From: Thermoproteota archaeon | GTDB taxonomy: Archaea > Korarchaeota > JAOZGF01 > JAOZFZ01 | DNA: 64,000 nt | Direction: 5' to 3' | NCBI GenBank assembly: GCA_027492035.1 | Contig: JAOZFT010000004.1 | Coordinates: forward strand, 480,001-544,000 | In this document: piece by piece, positions 41,649-51,171 of the stretch | Numbering within the stretch: the first letter of the stretch is position 1 | Layout of the letters: each line of letters starts with the position of its first letter | Made by a program: the position numbers and the translations under genes | The notes under the pieces: generated by a model | What the model was told of the DNA's origin: nothing | Seen by the model: the letters and a program-made list of their open reading frames with translations, nothing else | The model's database searches: none

Positions 41649-42281
41649 ATGCTTGGTGCTCTACGTTTAGATTTGATTCTGGAATTAATCAGTGCAACTG
41701 TGAGTTTTTTAGTTGGTTATTTTTCTCTGAAAGCCTATAAAACAGTTGGAAACAAAAACTTACTCTACCTTTACTTCGGATTTATTATATTGGGTTTAGG
41801 TATGCTTTTCCGTGTAGTGTCACTAACTTTCCTTTTCGGAACTTTTAAGGCTTCAGAATTGTCTATTCCAGCCGTTAAAACACTCATAAATTACATGTCC
41901 CTAATTTACATTTTGTTGAAAATAATTTCGTACTGTTTTTTTGCATTTGTAGCGGTTGAACAAATAAAGGAGTCAAGTTTCTTACCCTTTGTTTTTTCAC
42001 TCGCACCTGTCTTCATTTACCATGCACAATTAGAGCTTATTTCTTTTGTTTTAATTTGTTTCGTTGCTATTCAGTACCTTTTCAATTTCTTAAATAAGAG
42101 AAGCATGGATAGATTACTTGTGTTTCTAGGTTTTGCTTTCATCACTATAAGCCACGTCTTCTTTGTTTTTACACCGGTAAGGACTAGTTTATTCATTTTT
42201 GGGCATGTATCCCAGTTTGTTGGTTTTATTTGTTTATTGATAATGCTTTTTAGGATAAGTGGAGTGGAAAAGGGTGCCTAA
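41649..42281 (+). CDS. Polytopic membrane protein (about 6 TM), putative sensor
   Basis: Multiple hydrophobic segments; two-fold repeated pattern (LLYLYFGF..L / LLVFLGF..I). Confidence 0.7.
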   Translation: MLGALRLDLILELISATVSFLVGYFSLKAYKTVGNKNLLYLYFGFIILGLGMLFRVVSLTFLFGTFKASELSIPAVKTLINYMSLIYILLKIISYCFFAFVAVEQIKESSFLPFVFSLAPVFIYHAQLELISFVLICFVAIQYLFNFLNKRSMDRLLVFLGFAFITISHVFFVFTPVRTSLFIFGHVSQFVGFICLLIMLFRISGVEKGA

Positions 42282-42558
42282 CAAAGCCAGATACCGTTCT
42301 AAGATAAGGATAATGGTTGACATCTTAAGGGTAGTACAGAAGGAAGGCGAAACAAGGGTTACAAAGATTCTTTATGGTGCAAATTTGTCTCATGACAGAT
42401 TAAACAAGTACTTGGGTGAACTAATGAGCAGAGGATTAGTAACTTCTTTTGATCAGGAGGGATTAACCTTCTACTCCTTAACTGATAAAGGAAAAAGGTT
42501 TCTTTTTGAGTTTAGAAAATTTGAAAGATTTGCTGAAGCATTCGGTTTAGAAATATAG
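42259..42558 (+). CDS. Small winged-helix DNA-binding protein (start may be GTG 42274)
   Basis: RSKIRIMVDIL, TKILYGANLS...LNKYL..L...GL, YSLTDKG. Confidence 0.88.
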   Translation: MEWKRVPNKARYRSKIRIMVDILRVVQKEGETRVTKILYGANLSHDRLNKYLGELMSRGLVTSFDQEGLTFYSLTDKGKRFLFEFRKFERFAEAFGLEI

Positions 42559-42593
42559 TTTGTTCAGAAAGGCCTTTATTTTTTCAATAGGTT

Positions 42594-42875
42594 TCAACCT
42601 TTTTCCTCATCCACAAACCTTATTAAAGGTTTTTTCTCCAGCCCAATGATTTTTGCTCCAGGGTACTGCTTCTCAATGGCTTCCCTTAACTTCTCTTTAT
42701 CAATGTTTCCTTGCGTTTTAACGTGAACTACTGGTTTACCCGTGCCGTCATAAGTTACAGAGATTGAGTAGCTTCCTCCCCCTTCAGTTAACTCTCCAAT
42801 GCCCATATCTGAATCAAAGAATTCATCAAAACCGAAAAAATTGAGGAAACCCTTCCTTTTCTTCTTTCCCTCCAT
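42594..42875 (-). CDS. Small hypothetical protein
   Basis: 93 aa with SD-like GAGGGTGA upstream; YSISVTYDGTGKPVV segment. Confidence 0.65.
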   Translation of the reverse strand: MEGKKKRKGFLNFFGFDEFFDSDMGIGELTEGGGSYSISVTYDGTGKPVVHVKTQGNIDKEKLREAIEKQYPGAKIIGLEKKPLIRFVDEEKG

Positions 42876-43031
42876 TACATCACCCTCCTTCCATCGGGAA
42901 AGGGAGGTAAAACTTTCTTCTTTTAAATATGGGTTAAAGTTTTTACTTTATGTAAAGAATACTCTCTACCAATTAAAATTTTTTGTCTCCATTTATTTGC
43001 AGCCCTATCTCTGTGAAGAGTTTGTGGGGTA

Positions 43032-43784
43032 TTGGTGGTGTGTCCAGTGATTAAAACTTTAACATTCGATTTATGGCAAACCTTATTTCTTTTCACGAGG
43101 GAATACGGGGATAAACTGCGGAGATTACGTTCAAAAAATTTACAAATAACTTTGGGTAGGTATGGTTTCTCTGCCTCGGAAGCAGAAACAGTTTATAATT
43201 TGTTTAGGAAAGAAATGGAGAATAAGTGGCTTCTTGGTTTAGATTTAGCATCGGAGGAGAGATTCAACCTTTTTCTAAAGATTTTGAAGGGAAGGAAAGC
43301 TATAATTTGTGAAGAAGGACTATTTCAGGAGTTAGAGGGGGACATTGCACTTCCCTTTATCCAAAATCCTCCTGAAATAGAAGAGAAAGCTGTATTTGTT
43401 TTGGAAAAATTGAAAAAGGAAAACTTCAAAATAGGTTTAGTTTCCAACACTGGTGAAACTGTTGGAAAAGCAATAAAGGAAGTTCTTGACGAAAAAGGCT
43501 TAATTAACTTCTTTGATGCCCTGATTTTCTCCGATGAAGTTAAGTATAGGAAACCTAAGAAAGAAATCTTTCTGTATGCATTGAAAAAATTAAATGTTTC
43601 ACCTGAAGAAACTCTTCATGTAGGAGATGATTTAGGAACAGACATAGTTGGTGCAAAAAGTGTAGGCATGCAAACATGTCTTTTAAGAAGAAATAAAAAT
43701 GTAGAAGCTGACCTCTTGAACATAAAACCTGATTTTACGATAGAAAAATTGGCAGAGATTTTGGAAATTGTGGAAGTAACATGA
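43032..43784 (+). CDS. HAD-superfamily hydrolase
   Basis: FDLWQTL, VSNTG, RKPKKEIF, HVGDD..TDIVGA. Confidence 0.9.
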   Translation: MVVCPVIKTLTFDLWQTLFLFTREYGDKLRRLRSKNLQITLGRYGFSASEAETVYNLFRKEMENKWLLGLDLASEERFNLFLKILKGRKAIICEEGLFQELEGDIALPFIQNPPEIEEKAVFVLEKLKKENFKIGLVSNTGETVGKAIKEVLDEKGLINFFDALIFSDEVKYRKPKKEIFLYALKKLNVSPEETLHVGDDLGTDIVGAKSVGMQTCLLRRNKNVEADLLNIKPDFTIEKLAEILEIVEVT

Positions 43785-44581
43785 TAAAGGCGTTAACCAT
43801 GAAAAATAACAATTCAGGCTTATTTAAAAGATTTAAAGGCTTTAAAAACCACGAAATATTCCAAGACTTAAAAATACCTGGAAACATTTACTTCTTTGTT
43901 CGATGTGACGGAAGGAACTTCAAAAAACTCCTTAATGAATTAGGTTTCAGAAAACCTTTTGATGAAGATTTTATGAGAAAAATGGTTGAAACAGCTAAGG
44001 AAGTTTTCAGGGCAGGCTTCAACCCCCTCATAACTTATTTATTCTCTGACGAAATAAATTTCCTTTTCTACAACCCCCCTTTCAAGGGGAGGCTTGAGAA
44101 ATTAAACTCAATTATTCCAAGCATTTTGAGTAGCAAATTAGCCCTTCTTCTGAAAGAAAGAAATAATGAACCAATAGCTTTTGATGCGCGCCTAATCTTA
44201 CTTGATAAAACAGAAATTATTAAGTACCTAAATTGGAGACAGAAAGAAGCATGGAGAAACCATAACAATAGTTACGCATTTTATCTCCTTCTTAGAAAGG
44301 GGTACACTAAAAAAGATGCCTCGAAAAAACTTCACAAACTAAAAACAGCTCAACTTCATGAACTTGTTTTTAATGAAGGGATAAACCTTGCAGAAACTCC
44401 GACTTGGCAACGGAAAGGGGTTTTAATTTACAAAAGAAAAGTAAGGAAGCAAGGTTTCAATCCTCTACTAAGAAAAAAGGTGGAGGTTGAACGTAAAATT
44501 GTATATGTAGAATTCAATCCTCCCCTTTTCGGCAGCGAAGAAGGATCAAACTTAATAAATTCAATTGTTTCATCTCCTTAA
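43781..44581 (+). CDS. thg1: tRNA(His) guanylyltransferase / Thg1-like 3'-5' polymerase
   Basis: VRCDGRNF, KPFD, FSDEI, GR.EKL.S, FDAR, YL.WRQ.EAWRN, PTWQRKG. Confidence 0.93.
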   Translation: MIKALTMKNNNSGLFKRFKGFKNHEIFQDLKIPGNIYFFVRCDGRNFKKLLNELGFRKPFDEDFMRKMVETAKEVFRAGFNPLITYLFSDEINFLFYNPPFKGRLEKLNSIIPSILSSKLALLLKERNNEPIAFDARLILLDKTEIIKYLNWRQKEAWRNHNNSYAFYLLLRKGYTKKDASKKLHKLKTAQLHELVFNEGINLAETPTWQRKGVLIYKRKVRKQGFNPLLRKKVEVERKIVYVEFNPPLFGSEEGSNLINSIVSSP

Positions 44582-44616
44582 CTTCAAAATCTAAAAAAGG
44601 GTGGAGGAAGGAGGTT

Positions 44617-45267
44617 TTGAGCATTAAAACAAGAATTATCGATTACTATCTCACCTTTTTACATCAGTTTCAACCTAGGAGAACGGTTAAAATTTTGGGG
44701 AGAAAATTTATTGTATGCCCAAAAGTTTTCAGTCCCACAGGAGTAGTTTCTACAAGTTTCTTCATTAAACACATGAGAATAAAGGAGACAGATGTAGTAG
44801 CGGAAATAGGTTGCGGAGCAGGTGTCCTTTCAGTTTTTGCAGCCTTAAAAGCAAGAAAAGTTTTCGCTACGGACATAAATCCCTACGCTGTAAAATGCAC
44901 GAAAATAAATGCTGAAATAAACTTTGTTAATGTTCATGTGAAACTCGGAGACCTGTTTACCCCCCTCCCTTCAAAGCTTAGATTCACCGTAGTAATAACC
45001 AATCCCCCTTATCTCCCACTTAGGCCGTTAACCTTGTTAGAGAAAGCATGGTGCGGTGGGGAAAAACTAAATTTCTTAGAAAAATTTTTTAAGGAGGCAC
45101 CTAAACATTTAAGCAAAAACGGAAACATACAATTTACAGCTTCAACTCTTTCCGGCATAGAAAGAGTTAAGGAATTACTGAGGAAGAGAAACTTTTCATA
45201 TTCCATAATAGCTAAAACAAAAACACCTATCGATGAAATATACTTTTTTAAAGCATGGAGGAAATAA
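44617..45267 (+). CDS. HemK2/N6AMT1-like SAM-dependent methyltransferase
   Basis: EIGCGAG, DINPYAV, GDLF, NPPY. Confidence 0.85.
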   Translation: MSIKTRIIDYYLTFLHQFQPRRTVKILGRKFIVCPKVFSPTGVVSTSFFIKHMRIKETDVVAEIGCGAGVLSVFAALKARKVFATDINPYAVKCTKINAEINFVNVHVKLGDLFTPLPSKLRFTVVITNPPYLPLRPLTLLEKAWCGGEKLNFLEKFFKEAPKHLSKNGNIQFTASTLSGIERVKELLRKRNFSYSIIAKTKTPIDEIYFFKAWRK

Positions 45268-45282
45268 AGAAGTTTTAAAGCT

Positions 45283-45807
45283 TTGCAGTGGAAGTATGGT
45301 ACATTTAAAAACTTAAAATTTAAAAGAAGTAAAGAAGGGTGTGCGTGGCTGAAAATGGAAAAATATGAAATAATAAGTATTCCCATTATAGTTGCTTTAA
45401 CAATGCTTGGTTCACCTTTTCTAGGCGTCTTTGCAGCAGGTTTCTTAATAGGTTTCGCCGGAAGAAGAGAAAATAAAATAAAAAACATCTTCTCTTCAAT
45501 GTATCGTTCCTTTTTCTTCAGCACAATAGGTGCTGTTTGTTCAGTAGCTGTAGTGGGTGGTGCACTGTACATCAGTTTATTCATAATTGAAACAGTGAGG
45601 CTTTACCTCAGCATACCCCCCATTACTTTAGGGACTTTACCTCTAACAAAATTTTTCCTTGTTTCCTTTTTATCAGTGTCTATTATTTTAATGCTTCTGT
45701 CAGGAATAATTGGAGGACTAGGTGGAGCATTAGGTTTTTATGCCTCCAATTACCTACTTTCACCTATCGAACACAATCCGGAAAAGGAAGAAAACACCTC
45801 AGACTAA
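45283..45807 (+). CDS. Membrane protein of unknown function (true start may be ATG 45355)
   Basis: Four hydrophobic segments with Gly-rich GIIGGLGGALG. Confidence 0.65.
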   Translation: MQWKYGTFKNLKFKRSKEGCAWLKMEKYEIISIPIIVALTMLGSPFLGVFAAGFLIGFAGRRENKIKNIFSSMYRSFFFSTIGAVCSVAVVGGALYISLFIIETVRLYLSIPPITLGTLPLTKFFLVSFLSVSIILMLLSGIIGGLGGALGFYASNYLLSPIEHNPEKEENTSD

Positions 45808-45879
45808 AAACTTAATAATGCAGAGAAGTTTTCCTTTTTTTAAAAAAAGAAGAAGTGTAAATGAATGGAGTAAAGTAAA

Positions 45880-47004
45880 ATGTTAGTTTCTGATTTCCCA
45901 AAAAGAAAAGTACATAGAATAAATGGAAATAACACAGTTTCTGAAGCTATAAGTTTAATGGAGAAAACGAGCCCAAGGGCACTTTTTGTTTTCGAAAACA
46001 AAACATTTAAGGGAGTTGTGACTCAAAAAGAACTTTTGGGGATAGTTAAACCCCATAAAACAAAAATTTCAGCTGTTTATAGGTCATCTCCAAAACTAAG
46101 CCCCTCCACCACGGTAGAAGAAGCAGCAAGGCTAATGGTGGAAAACGACTTAGAGGTCTTACCATTAATGAAAAATAAACAAATAACTGGTGCAGTAGTC
46201 ATTGATGACGTCTTAAAAGCCTTGGTGAAAGGAGAATTCCAAAGAGTGAAAATAAAGGAAATAGGGGAAAAAGAAGTTGTAACGGTAAATCCTCAAGATA
46301 AACTAATGAAGGCTTATGAAATGTTTAAAAAGTACCATTTCTCATGTTTACCGGTCACAAAAAACAAAAAATTAGTTGGGATCATAATCTACGACACTAT
46401 TGCTCAAATATTCGGCAAGCCTCAATCAAGGCTTTCCTTCGGTGAATTTACAGGAGAAAAAATAAAACCTCTAGAAACACCTATCTTTTCAATTATAGAT
46501 CCTGTCACAGCAACTAGTACAGGAGAATCCACTTTGAAAGAAGCAATAGATACAATGTTAAAAAATCACATTTCCCATTTAGTAATCACAGACACAAAGG
46601 GGAAAGTGCAAGGTATATTAACGAAAAAGGACGTGCTACGTTACATCTTAGCTAAGAAAGAAAAAAGGAAACTGAGAATCCAGTTTTCAGGGGACGTTGA
46701 TAAAATAGAAGATTTACAAAAAGAAGAAGCGAAGTCTCTAGTGGAAAAATTAAATACGAAAATAGGTGTCGAGCCAGGGAGCACAATGTTTGTAAATGTT
46801 AAAGTTAGAGGAACAAATGAAAACCCGCAATTCATTGTTAAACTAAGGCTTTCAACACCTAAATCAAGAATATCGGCCGAAGAAGTAAATTGGGCTTTTG
46901 ACACAGCTTTTGAAACAGCTTTAAGCCGTATTGAAAGACAAGTACTGAAAAAATTAGGGAAGGAAAGAACTCTACATAGGCAAGAAACAAAAAGATATGT
47001 TTAA
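45880..47004 (+). CDS. 4xCBS-domain protein with C-terminal HPF/RaiA-like domain (ribosome hibernation factor candidate)
   Basis: Four CBS repeats; C-terminal FIVKLRL.TP....SAEE..WAFDTAFETALSRIERQVLK resembles the HPF fold. Confidence 0.78.
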   Translation: MLVSDFPKRKVHRINGNNTVSEAISLMEKTSPRALFVFENKTFKGVVTQKELLGIVKPHKTKISAVYRSSPKLSPSTTVEEAARLMVENDLEVLPLMKNKQITGAVVIDDVLKALVKGEFQRVKIKEIGEKEVVTVNPQDKLMKAYEMFKKYHFSCLPVTKNKKLVGIIIYDTIAQIFGKPQSRLSFGEFTGEKIKPLETPIFSIIDPVTATSTGESTLKEAIDTMLKNHISHLVITDTKGKVQGILTKKDVLRYILAKKEKRKLRIQFSGDVDKIEDLQKEEAKSLVEKLNTKIGVEPGSTMFVNVKVRGTNENPQFIVKLRLSTPKSRISAEEVNWAFDTAFETALSRIERQVLKKLGKERTLHRQETKRYV

Positions 47005-47037
47005 CAACCCAAAACTTAGGAGGAAGGTGTTTCCCAC

Positions 47038-48225
47038 TTGTCAAGTAAAGAAAACTATGAATTGAAACTTTTAAGTAAACTTGTTGAGTTTGACACAAAC
47101 TCCATAGAAAAAAATTATGTTGAATGCTCTAAATTTATTGCTAAAGAGCTTGAAAGAATAGATTTAGAGACAGAAGTGATAGATCCACGTGAAAAGGGGG
47201 AAAGCAAGGTAACTATCCCAAACATTGTTTCAAGAATAAATGTTGGAGCTGAAAAAACAGTGGCAATAGCGGTACATTACGACGTGGTTCCAGCTGAAGG
47301 AAAATGGAAATATCCCCCCTTTAAATTAACAGTGGAAAACGGAAAAGCTTATGGAAGAGGTGCTTCAGATGATAAAGGATCAATTGCCGCTTTGATTGCA
47401 GCCATTAAAGAAATAAACTTAAAGAAACTAAAATATAACGTGGTAATGTTAGTAACAGCTGAAGAAGAAGTTGGAGGGAAACTGGGTTTAGGTTACACAC
47501 TAAAAAACTTGAAAGAAAAAATAGATTACGCCATTATACTTGACGCAAGTCCCTTATTCGTCAGTGTAGGAGCCAGTGGAATAATATGGGGCAAAATATT
47601 GGTTAAAGGTAGAGGAGGACATGCCGGTTATCCCTTCAAAGCCGACAATCCAATAATGAAGGCTTCAAAAATAATTCTTAAACTTGAAAAATACAGAGAA
47701 AAAATTGCTAAAAAGAAAAGTAAAATCAAAGCTCCACCTGGTACCCCATCCAGAAACCTTTACCCTAGATTCACCGTAACAATGGTTAAGGCATGGGAGA
47801 AAGAGAATGTTATTCCTTCAACATGTGAACTTCGATTTGACAGGAGATTAATACCTGAAGAAAGGAAAGAAGAAGTAGTTAAGGAATTAGAGCAAGAAAT
47901 AAATAAAATAGGCAATGAATTAAATGTTGAGGCAGAATTCACAGTTTTAAGCAAAGGAAACGGTTACGCTACAGACCCAAACCTTTCTTTCGTTAAAGAA
48001 TTTAAGGGAGTAGTGGAAAAGGTAACAGGTGAAAAAATTCCACTTTGCGGTGAACTAGGGGGAAATGATGGACATTTCTTTGCTAAAAGGAAGATTCCAG
48101 TGATATGTTTTGGAAACATTAGGCCCAGCAATAACATTCACACAGTGAACGAACACGTAAACCTTTCTGATCTTAAACTCGTGAAAAACGTGATCATAAA
48201 CTTCCTTCAGCTAAAAACACTTTAA
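47038..48225 (+). CDS. M20/DapE/ArgE family metallopeptidase
   Basis: HYDVVP, YGRGASDDKG, EEEVGG, GHAG, NVIP, GGND, NIH..NE. Confidence 0.92.
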   Translation: MSSKENYELKLLSKLVEFDTNSIEKNYVECSKFIAKELERIDLETEVIDPREKGESKVTIPNIVSRINVGAEKTVAIAVHYDVVPAEGKWKYPPFKLTVENGKAYGRGASDDKGSIAALIAAIKEINLKKLKYNVVMLVTAEEEVGGKLGLGYTLKNLKEKIDYAIILDASPLFVSVGASGIIWGKILVKGRGGHAGYPFKADNPIMKASKIILKLEKYREKIAKKKSKIKAPPGTPSRNLYPRFTVTMVKAWEKENVIPSTCELRFDRRLIPEERKEEVVKELEQEINKIGNELNVEAEFTVLSKGNGYATDPNLSFVKEFKGVVEKVTGEKIPLCGELGGNDGHFFAKRKIPVICFGNIRPSNNIHTVNEHVNLSDLKLVKNVIINFLQLKTL

Positions 48226-48693
48226 TTTGGTACATTTCAACATTTATGTGTCATGAGCACTTAAGAATTCATACATCCTTTACACTCTCTCTTAATTAAC
48301 CTATGTCCCCCTTTGTTTCAATTCTCCCTTGAACTTTTCGCTTCTTGCCCACATCTGGAGATATCTGGCACTAGCGCTAAAGACTCATAACTCCCTTTTT
48401 TCCGTAATCCTCTTCATCAAAAAATCAATATAAGCCAATATAAATCCACCATGAAACACCTGCAGAAACTTACTAATTCTGAAACTGTTTCTTTGCCCTT
48501 CTCACTTGCACTCCATCCACTTTTAAAGTTTTTGAAACATTCCTCCTTGATTACTTGATGTTACAGGATGGTTTGTGTTTAAAAAGATCTGCAGAAAACA
48601 TTCTAAATTTACGAAAAATTGAAAAACATGTTCATTCTACTTAAGAAGAATAATTTCTTAGAGAAATGCAAAGAAGAAGTAAGAAGTGATGTT

Positions 48694-49449
48694 ATGTCCT
48701 ATGCAATAGAGGTCAGGGATCTAACAAGGAAATATGGGGAACTTGTGGCGGTTGATCATATCAGCTTTCAAGTTGAAGAAGGGGAGCTGTTCGGTTTTCT
48801 AGGTCCTAATGGGGCAGGGAAAACCACAACCATTAAAATACTTACGGGCATCATAAAACCCACTTCTGGCTCCGCCAAAATCTACGGTTATGATTTATTA
48901 GAAAACCCGTTGAAAGTAAAGAGTATCATAGGTTACACACCAGAATACCCAATCCTCTACGATACATTAACAGCTAGGGAGTTCCTAGATTTCGTGGCAG
49001 CTCTTCACAATGTGCCTCGAACACATAGAGCTGAGAGGGTTCAGGAGATAATCGACCTCTTTGGGTTAACAGATGAGGCGGATCAACAATTGAAAAGTTT
49101 CTCAAAGGGGATGAAGAGAAAAGTAACTTTAGCAGCTGCTTTCATTCATAGACCCAAGCTTGTTTTTTTGGATGAACCAACAATGGGTCTAGATGCCAAA
49201 ACAGCTCGCTTTATTAAGGATTTATTGAAGGAATTTGTAAAGCTGGGTAAAACCGTCTTTATGACCACTCATGTGTTAGAGATAGCTGAAAAAATTTGTG
49301 AAAAAGTTGCAATAATAAATAGGGGGAAGATAATCGCTATAGGCACCCTAAATGAGCTTAGAGCAAAAGAAAAACTTTATAGTTTGGAAGATATATTCCT
49401 TAAATTGACTGGAAGCCTTGAAGAGAAAGACTTAGCTAAATATCTTTAA
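48694..49449 (+). CDS. ABC-2 type exporter ATP-binding protein
   Basis: GPNGAGKTT, FSKGMKRK, LDEPT; ATG 48694 (MSYAIEV) preferred over TTG 48619. Confidence 0.93.
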   Translation: MSYAIEVRDLTRKYGELVAVDHISFQVEEGELFGFLGPNGAGKTTTIKILTGIIKPTSGSAKIYGYDLLENPLKVKSIIGYTPEYPILYDTLTAREFLDFVAALHNVPRTHRAERVQEIIDLFGLTDEADQQLKSFSKGMKRKVTLAAAFIHRPKLVFLDEPTMGLDAKTARFIKDLLKEFVKLGKTVFMTTHVLEIAEKICEKVAIINRGKIIAIGTLNELRAKEKLYSLEDIFLKLTGSLEEKDLAKYL

Positions 49450-49470
49450 AAAAAGGCGCAGGCGGGATAA

Positions 49471-51138
49471 ATGATCAATTGGGAAACAGTTTTTAATTTG
49501 GTAAACGTTGAAGCTAAATTTCTTCTCAGGCAAAATCCTTACGGGAGAAAGATGAGTGTTTTTTTAATAATGTTTATGAACGCAATTTTTTCTTTTCTAC
49601 TTGGTTTGGCGGGTTTAGGCGTCAATTTCTTGTTGAAAGCGGGGATTCTTCCCAAGGAGCTGATTTCAAACATGGTTTTAGTAGCCATGAACATTTTACT
49701 ATTTGTGGTGTTTTTCTTCGGTGTTATTGAATCTTTAGCTGTTTTTTCAAGGGATTCCGACCTTTACATCCTCACACCTTCCCCTGTCAATGTAAGCGAC
49801 ATAGTATTGGGGAAAACCCTGTGGATTTATTTCTCTTTCCTAATTTATGTTTTAGCATCTGTTTCTGTTTTTTTCGCTTTTTTAACTGAATTCCTTGGTT
49901 ATTTATGGTTTTTGGGGGTTTTTCTAAGTTCTTTAACAGTTATTTTTATAGGGTCCTGTTTCTCTGTTTTAGTTGGAATCTTACTTCTAAAACTTATAAC
50001 CCCGAAAAAATTGAAAAATAAGCTTTACGTTCTGATTTCCTTCCTTTCTATATTTACCTATTTTATTTTTCAATTTTCTATCGGTAAATTTGCTGAGAAA
50101 CCTCATGAATTAATTAGTTTTCTCACTTTTAATCCGAAAAGCTTGTTTCTTTACTTATCTCCGGCTTCTTGGAGTTACTTATTTACAAATGGGCTACTGA
50201 GCTTTTCGTTAACAGCTTTGACAGGTTTCCTGGGTTTAACGTTTTTCGCACTCCTTTCCTTCGAAATAAGTTACCTCTTCTCCACTAAAAATTATCAATC
50301 AATCCTTTATGGTTTAGATTTGGTTCCTGTAAAAACTTTAAAGAAAAAGCAAGTGGTAAAGTATCCTCTACACTTTTTAAAATATTTAATAAACGAAAAA
50401 ACATATTTTTTCTTCCTTAATGAAGCGAAGTTCACGAAAAGAGACGTTTACCGCCTAATGAATCTTTTAATGTCAACCATATGGATAATTTTCGCTTTAA
50501 TCCCTATTTTTTCAAGTGGGCCAACTTCAACGAACACATCTTTTGCTACTCATAAGTTGCCCATGTCCTTTTTTTTGGGAATGATTGGTCTTGTTTCGTT
50601 AGTTGTGGGGATCCTTGCTGCTCAAAGTATAGGGTTTGAAGGAGACGCCTTCCAAGTAATTAAATCCTTACCAGTAAAAGGTAAAAACGTAGTTGTAGGT
50701 AAATGGCTATTTTATTTATTTTCAGCCCTAATTCTTTTAGTTATAAATTTCCTCCTCATCTCAGTGATTTTTTCAAAAGTTTTTTCAGTAACCTTTAAAT
50801 TATCTGTTACTCTTTTAACGTTTATATCTTTAGTTATAGGGTCAATAGGGGTTGTTTCATTTAACATGTTTGTAGCTGTTTCTTTTCCTAACTTTAAAGG
50901 AGTCACCACTTCCTTTTTCGGTTCAAGAAGGCAAGGTGTAACGTTTATAGGAGGCTTACTTTCCACCTTCCTCCCAATGGCTCTCTTTTTCTTTCCTTTC
51001 CTCCTTTACCCCCTCATAACCACATTTATTAATTTACCTGAGTGGTTACTGCTTTTGCCAGGGTTTATCATGTTTATTATTGGTTTAATAGCTTTTAAAG
51101 CAGCCTTTAAAAGAGTGGAAGAGTTAGAAGTCAAATAG
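49471..51138 (+). CDS. ABC-2 type exporter permease
   Basis: More than 12 TM segments, duplicated halves (L..SPV...IVLGK / IKSLPV....VVGK); follows the ATPase. Confidence 0.82.
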   Translation: MINWETVFNLVNVEAKFLLRQNPYGRKMSVFLIMFMNAIFSFLLGLAGLGVNFLLKAGILPKELISNMVLVAMNILLFVVFFFGVIESLAVFSRDSDLYILTPSPVNVSDIVLGKTLWIYFSFLIYVLASVSVFFAFLTEFLGYLWFLGVFLSSLTVIFIGSCFSVLVGILLLKLITPKKLKNKLYVLISFLSIFTYFIFQFSIGKFAEKPHELISFLTFNPKSLFLYLSPASWSYLFTNGLLSFSLTALTGFLGLTFFALLSFEISYLFSTKNYQSILYGLDLVPVKTLKKKQVVKYPLHFLKYLINEKTYFFFLNEAKFTKRDVYRLMNLLMSTIWIIFALIPIFSSGPTSTNTSFATHKLPMSFFLGMIGLVSLVVGILAAQSIGFEGDAFQVIKSLPVKGKNVVVGKWLFYLFSALILLVINFLLISVIFSKVFSVTFKLSVTLLTFISLVIGSIGVVSFNMFVAVSFPNFKGVTTSFFGSRRQGVTFIGGLLSTFLPMALFFFPFLLYPLITTFINLPEWLLLLPGFIMFIIGLIAFKAAFKRVEELEVK

Positions 51139-51171
51139 CAACTTTTTCAAGGGAAAGAGGAAGAAAATAAG

